A stretch of DNA of 64,000 nucleotides from Candidatus Multivoradales bacterium (GTDB taxonomy: Bacteria; Acidobacteriota; Thermoanaerobaculia; Multivoradales; JAHEKO01). Below are positions 58,542-64,000 of the stretch, piece after piece. How positions within the stretch are numbered: the first letter of the stretch is position 1; each line of letters starts with the position of its first letter. The notes beneath the pieces were generated by a model. It did not search any database and had not been told where the DNA came from. It saw nothing but the letters and a program-made list of their open reading frames with translations. The DNA lies in contig CBDCXM010000009.1 of the NCBI GenBank assembly GCA_965223855.1, positions 832,001 to 896,000 on the forward strand, given 5' to 3'. The translations under genes were made by a program, and so were the position numbers.

Positions 58542-61314
58542 GTCCGCCGGGTCGAGCCCGCCGACGGCGAGCCACTCCCAGAGCTCCTCGTGCCCCTCCG
58601 CGGGGGCGGGTCGGCTGCGCTCGAACAGCCGGTCGGAGAGTTCGAGCAAATCGTCTCCATCGAGCGCGATCGCCGGCGATGCGGGGTCGAACCAGCGCTG
58701 CGGGTCCCGGACCTCGATTGACTTCGGCAGTTGCCAGTGGGTGCCGAAGCCGGTGCGCAAGGCGTCGGGCAGCGGCACGTCGACGAGCTGCAGCGTGTTG
58801 CCGCCGTGCCGGTACCAGCGGCACTGGAGATCGGCCGCCAGCTCGGCGATCAGACCGTCCCCCAGCCGCCGGCGCGCGGCGCCGACTGCGCCGAGACCGC
58901 GGTCCTCGGAGTAGCGGGTCGAGAGGCCGGAGGCCTGGGCGACGAGGACGGTCAGCGGCGGCAGCCGCAGCTCGCCCGGCTTGCGCTCGAGCGCGTCGAG
59001 CTCGGCGCGCAGGGCCAGCAGCAGGCTGATGGCACCGCGATTCTCGATCGCCCCGCCGTCGGTGACGTAGAAGGTCGAGGGCGTCTCGGCTTCGAGTTCG
59101 ACCCGGGCGTTCGAGAAGACGGGCGGGAAGTTGGCGCTCAGCGCCGCTGCTGTCGTGAGCGGCACGGTCGGATCGTGGACCGTCACGTAGTCGAAGTCGT
59201 GGTCCCAGCCCGGCACCGGGGTCGCTGCTGCCTCGGCGGTGAACGAGGCGAGGTTGGTGATCGCGAGACGCCCTCCCGTCCGGGCGAGCGTGGCGCAGCG
59301 CCGTGGCGGCAGGCCCGATTCGAGGCATGCCTCCGTGGCCTCGCCCGGCTCCCGAGCCCCCGTGATCGCGGTGTTGAACAGGACACCGAAGTCGAGGCCG
59401 TCGCCGTCCGGGCAGCCGACGGTGCGGCAGGCGGGCGGTTGGTCGAAGTAGACCCGCCCGAAGCCCTCGTCGAGAAGCGCGCCGAGCCGGGTCCCCTGGA
59501 AGAAGCGGAACTCGCCGACTCCGGCCAGGACGTCGTGGATGAAGGGCGCACCGACAGCGTCGCGGAAGCGCGACCAGGAGTCGTCGCCCACCGGCGCGTC
59601 GAGGAGCGCTCGATGGTGAGCGGCGAAGTAGGCGACGCCGGCGCTGCCGCCGGAGACGCTCGAGGTGAGCACGACGTCGCCGAGCCGATCGCGCTCGTGG
59701 AGCCCGCGCATCATCGAGTAGGCGTAGAGCGCCGCCCGCGTGCCGCCGCCCGAGTAGGCGACGGCGAGCAGGGGCTCGTCGGATGTCCCGGCCGCGGACT
59801 CGGAAAGGCGGGCCGCAAGGTCGAAGCCGGTCGTCTCCACGGTCGGCGCAGGGTCCGCGTCGGCTTGCAGGCTGACGGCCTGATCGAGGTGGAAGAGCCA
59901 CCAACCGCAGCCGCCGAGCACCAGCAGCAGCACGAGGGCGGGAACGGTGACGAACAGGCGCACCTTCGCCTCGAGGGCGGCGAGGGCGAAGGTCACGTCG
60001 TCGTAGGTCGCCCAGTCGAGCGGTCGCCCGGCCCGCTCGACCACGGTGCCGTCCTTGCGCTTCGCATGCTCGGCGGATCGCACGTCGCAGCCGAGCTGCC
60101 GGTGAATGCGCTCGAACGCCTCGAGCGGGCGGTACGACTCGAAGGCCACGTCCTCGCCCTCGCGCGGCGGCTGAATCGCCAGCCAGCGGCCGGCACCATG
60201 GATCTGGAGGCGAACCGAGCGTGCGCCGTCGCGCGTGAAGTCGAGGGACGAGAGGTAGTCGCCTGAAGATCCGTCGGCAGGGGCTCCGTCGGCAGAAGCC
60301 GTGCGTGCCGCCGGAGCCGGCGTCCTTCCCGCCGGCTTCCGGTCGCAGGAACCCGAGCAGCGTCTCGGCGGCGGCGCGTTGCAGCCAGTAGTCGTAGAGC
60401 CAGAGGATCAGGTAGAGGATCGCGAACAGGCTCCAGATCACCCGCTGACTCGCCTGGTCGAGGACGGTGGTGACGTAGTCGACGCCGGCCAGGCGGGTGG
60501 CGGCGAAGACGATCACCAGGAGGGAGACGAGCAGCGGCGCTCCCGTCGCGAGTGCCTGGCGGGCGAGCATGCGGAAGGTGACGAGACGATCGTTGTAGTG
60601 CGTCGCCGCGAGGGCGATCCAGCCGAGGACGAGCGTCGAGGCGGCGATCCAGCCGAGCCAGCGGGCGGGTGCGAGCAGCGAGAAGAAGGCCGGAATCCAC
60701 AGGAAGAGGATCGGCGAGCTCAACGGTACGAGGGCGTACGCGCGGACGACCCGGGCGACGCTGTGAGGACCCTCGCTCGGCGTCACCAGGAGCTGGGTGG
60801 CGGCCAGGTGCGGTGCGAAGGTGCGGCGGAACCGCTCCCGCTCCCCGCCGATCAGCCGTTCGGAGAGCCACCGTCCGGCCGGCATGCCGACGGTGAGGGC
60901 GAAGGCACCGAGCAGCCCGTAGATGTGGCGGTAGGGGACGCCGTCGGCCTCGAGCGCGGCCTCCGGGACGACGAGAAACACCGTCACGGCGAACCCGGCC
61001 AGGAAGAGCCACTGCAGGCGCGGCAGCCAGCGACCCCGCGCCCAGCGGGCGAGGGCGAGGTGCACGCCGAGCGCGGCGACGCAGGCCAGGGCGAGCCCGA
61101 CCCCTCGCCAGCGGAGCATCCCGTAGGCGAGCACGATCAGCACCGGGATCGGCAGCACGAAGGAGAGCCTCGAGTGCCCGCGCACGAAGCCGGCCTCGTG
61201 CAGCGAGGTCCCCTCGATCCGATTGACCCGGAAGTCCCACCAGCGCAGCCGCCGATCCAGCCGTGCCGGGAAGTGGAAGAACCAGTCCCGAATCCGTTGC
61301 CACATGGTCGACAC
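58476..61314 (-). CDS. Polytopic membrane protein with C-terminal patatin-like phospholipase domain, frameshifts at about 60150-60300
   Basis: N-terminal multi-TM region; SGGGTRAA, SSVSGGS, SANFPPVF, TDGGAIEN. Confidence 0.78.
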
Positions 61315-61361
61315 CCTCCCCGAAGCCCCCTCGGAAGGTGCGGTCGTGCCCGGGCTGCGCC

Positions 61362-63692
61362 TCAGAACGGGAAGAACACAGGCACCAGGAGCACCAGCAG
61401 CACGAACAGCATCAGAGTCAGCGGCGTGCCGACCTTGAGGTAGTCGGACGACTTGTACCCGCCCGCTCCCATGACGAGGAGATTTGCTTTATGGCTAAAG
61501 GGTGTCATGAAAGCTGCGGATGCGGCGAGGCTCACCCCCATCATCAGAGGGTAGGGGCTGTAGCCGAGCTTGTCCGCCATCTCGAGCACCACCGGCGCCA
61601 GCAGCACCACCGCCGGCGCACCGTCGAGCCCCTGGCTCAGGAGGCTGGCGAGCACGATCAGCGCCGCCAGCACCGCATGGGGGCCGAGCGGCCCGGCGAG
61701 GCTGGTGACGTTGTCGGCGAGGAAGTTGGCCGCCCCGGTGCGCTCCATCGCAAAGCCGACCGGCAGCACGGCGGAGACGAGGAAGATCGCCCGCCACTCG
61801 ATGGCACGGTACGCCTCGCGCATCGTCATCGCGCCGAAGAGCACCGACAGCGAGGCGGCGGTGAACGCGGCGACGTGAATCGGCTGATAGCCGGTGGCGA
61901 CGAGGGCGATCATCAGGATCAACGCACCGAGGGCGTACTTGGCTTTGTGAGTGCGGCGCACCCCCTGATCGGCGTCGGAGAGGACGACGAAGTCGGGCTC
62001 GGAGGCGAGCCGCGTGATCCGGTCGGGGGTACCGTAGAGGAGCAGAGCGTCGCCGGTGCGCAGCGGGATGTGGGCGAAATCGGCATGGATCGGCCGCCCG
62101 TCGCGCCAGATGGCGAGTGCGATCAGGCGGTAGCGGTCGCGGAAGTCGATCTCGGCCAGCGTGCGGCCGTCGAGCGCCGAGCGCGGCGCCACCGTCGCCT
62201 CCACCATCACCAGCTTCTCGGTCTCGAGCTGCGTCTTCTCGCCGCGCGCCGAGAGCTCGACCTCCCCCATCTCGAGCAGCGCGGCGATGCTGTCGGGATT
62301 CGAGGCAAGCAGCAGCCGGTCGTTGGCCTCGATTGTCTCGCCCGGCGAGACGGCGAGCCGGGTGGCGTCGCCGCGTGCGATCCCCGCCACAGTCAGTCCG
62401 GCGAGCTCGCCGAGTCGGCTGTCGGCGATCGAGCCGCCGATGAGCGCCGAACCCTCCGGGACGACGATCACGTAGAGGCCGGTCCCCAGCTCTTCGAGCG
62501 CCGTGAAGCCGACGTCGCTGACGACGAAATCGGACTCTTCGGCGAAGCGCTCCAGAGCGTCGCGCGAGCCGAGTGCGAGCAGCTCGTCGTCGCCTTCGAG
62601 CGGCAGGTCGCCGAGGCGGTCGCGCCTTAGAGAGTCGCCTTGCCTGAGACCGACGACGACGAGTCCGAAGCGGCCGCGGAAGTCGATCTCCTTGAGCGTG
62701 CGGCCGCGAAGCTCGCTGTCGGGAGCGAGGCGGGCGCGGATGCCGCCGACGCCCCCCATGATGTCCGGCAGCTCGTCGAGCGCCGTCGGTCGGACCTGCA
62801 CGTCCTGGAGCCTGAGGAGCTCCGCCAGTCGCTGCGCCTCGCCGTTGACGAACAGCACGTCGCCCCCTCGGAGCTCGGCGTCGGCGGTCGCTTCGATCCG
62901 CTTGCTGCCACGCAGGATGGAGAGCACCTTGACCCCGAGCGTGGTGCCGATGCGGGTCTCGGCGATCGTCTGGCCGCCGAGCGGCGAATCGGGCGGCAGG
63001 CGGATGAAGAACAGCCGCTCCTCGAGCTGGTAGAGCTGGCTCAGGTCGGCGCTGTCGCCGCCGCCGGTGCCGCGCTGCTCGTAGGTCGGCAGCAGTTTGC
63101 GGCCGAGCGTCAGCATGAAGACGACGCCGAGGGCGAGGATCGCCAGCCCGAGCGGCGTGAAGTCGAAGAGCTGGAACGGCTCGAGGCCGCGATCGGCGAG
63201 GATCTGCGCCGCGAGGATGTTGGGCGGTGTGCCGACCAGCGTCGTGGTGCCGCCGAGGATGGCGCCGAACGCGAGCGGCATGAAGAGGCGCGACGGCGCC
63301 AGCCCGGCGCGCGGCCCGAGCGTCGCCACCGCCGGCATCAGCACCGCGGTGGCGGCGATGTTGTTCATGAAGGCCGACAGCACGCCGGCGACCACCATCA
63401 GCACGATCACCAGGCGGATCTCGCTCGAGCCGACGATGCGGTGAATGTGCTTGCCGATGGTGTCGGCGACCCCCGTCTCGAGCAGCGCCGCGCCGACGAT
63501 GAAGACCGACAGCATGGTGATGACCGCCGGCGAGGAGAACCCCTGGAACGCCTCGGCCGGGGTGACGTAGCCGGCGAAGATCAGCACGACGAGACCGAGA
63601 AACGCGGTCAGGTCGACGGCCAGCTTCTCCGTCAGGAACAGATAGACCATGACGGCCAAGAGGGCGAAGAGAGCGCCGATCTGGAGGGTCAC
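61362..63692 (-). CDS. SLC13/DASS family permease with multiple TrkA-C (RCK_C) domains
   Basis: SAFMNN, GGTTTLVGTPPN, four RCK_C-like repeats, AFMTPFSHKANLLVMGAGGY; TACAAT 6 nt before GTG 63692. Confidence 0.92.
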   Translation of the reverse strand: MTLQIGALFALLAVMVYLFLTEKLAVDLTAFLGLVVLIFAGYVTPAEAFQGFSSPAVITMLSVFIVGAALLETGVADTIGKHIHRIVGSSEIRLVIVLMVVAGVLSAFMNNIAATAVLMPAVATLGPRAGLAPSRLFMPLAFGAILGGTTTLVGTPPNILAAQILADRGLEPFQLFDFTPLGLAILALGVVFMLTLGRKLLPTYEQRGTGGGDSADLSQLYQLEERLFFIRLPPDSPLGGQTIAETRIGTTLGVKVLSILRGSKRIEATADAELRGGDVLFVNGEAQRLAELLRLQDVQVRPTALDELPDIMGGVGGIRARLAPDSELRGRTLKEIDFRGRFGLVVVGLRQGDSLRRDRLGDLPLEGDDELLALGSRDALERFAEESDFVVSDVGFTALEELGTGLYVIVVPEGSALIGGSIADSRLGELAGLTVAGIARGDATRLAVSPGETIEANDRLLLASNPDSIAALLEMGEVELSARGEKTQLETEKLVMVEATVAPRSALDGRTLAEIDFRDRYRLIALAIWRDGRPIHADFAHIPLRTGDALLLYGTPDRITRLASEPDFVVLSDADQGVRRTHKAKYALGALILMIALVATGYQPIHVAAFTAASLSVLFGAMTMREAYRAIEWRAIFLVSAVLPVGFAMERTGAANFLADNVTSLAGPLGPHAVLAALIVLASLLSQGLDGAPAVVLLAPVVLEMADKLGYSPYPLMMGVSLAASAAFMTPFSHKANLLVMGAGGYKSSDYLKVGTPLTLMLFVLLVLLVPVFFPF

Positions 63693-63809
63693 CGCGCGAT
63701 TGTAGCTCGCGCTCGAAGGCGCCCCGCGGGAGGGTCGCTCGGATACCATCAGCCAGGGATCGGAGTCGTCTCACGTTCCCCTCCCGTACCCCCTGCAGGA
63801 ACCGCCGCC

Positions 63810-64000
63810 ATGTCTTCCGACGTTCGCCTCGACTACGTCTCGCCGCTGCCGCCGGTGCGCTCGGGAATCGCCGACTACAGCGCCGACCTGCTGCCGGAGC
63901 TCGAGTCGCGCTGCGACCTCCGGGTGGTGAGGGTCGCCGGGCAGCCGGTGTCCGACGAGATGGAGCGCCGCTGGCAGCCGGTCGGGAGCGAGCAGCTCGG
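63810..64000 (+). CDS. Glycosyltransferase family 4, N-terminal fragment (runs off the window)
   Basis: SD AGGA; MSSDVRLDYVSPLPPVRSGIADYSADLLPEL. Confidence 0.75.
   Translation, partial: MSSDVRLDYVSPLPPVRSGIADYSADLLPELESRCDLRVVRVAGQPVSDEMERRWQPVGSEQL

Overview
High-GC bacterial chromosomal window, gene-dense, with no rRNA, tRNA, CRISPR array or IS element that I can support. The repeated C-terminal IFxDGFESGxTSAWS tags and the gene repertoire suggest an Acidobacteriota (Thermoanaerobaculia-like) genome; this is an inference. Most genes are housekeeping or secreted hydrolases. Main points of interest: (1) a probable operon at 31141-35083, where a secreted PPC-like protein ends in an isolated PAELVEF beta-strand and a separate small secreted protein carries the rest of the Ig/FN3-like domain that normally follows PVELxxF, suggesting a natural split-domain (tag/catcher) system; (2) four unrelated secreted proteins sharing a C-terminal IFxDGFESG tag; (3) an exported TPR-CHAT protease, lipoprotein, ECF sigma and zinc anti-sigma module, with an identical CGTGTTGT-N17-CGCCAC motif upstream of both this module and a downstream paralog pair; (4) a Type ISP restriction-modification gene with a low-GC specificity region, next to nucleotidyltransferases and two small paralogous ORFs at an overlapping bidirectional promoter; (5) widespread leaderless-gene architecture; (6) a di-heme cytochrome c, GMC oxidoreductase and DUF4331-like operon. 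Genes between about 49.3 and 60.3 kb carry many single-base frameshifts, probably assembly errors. All product calls come from motif recognition by eye; no searches were run.
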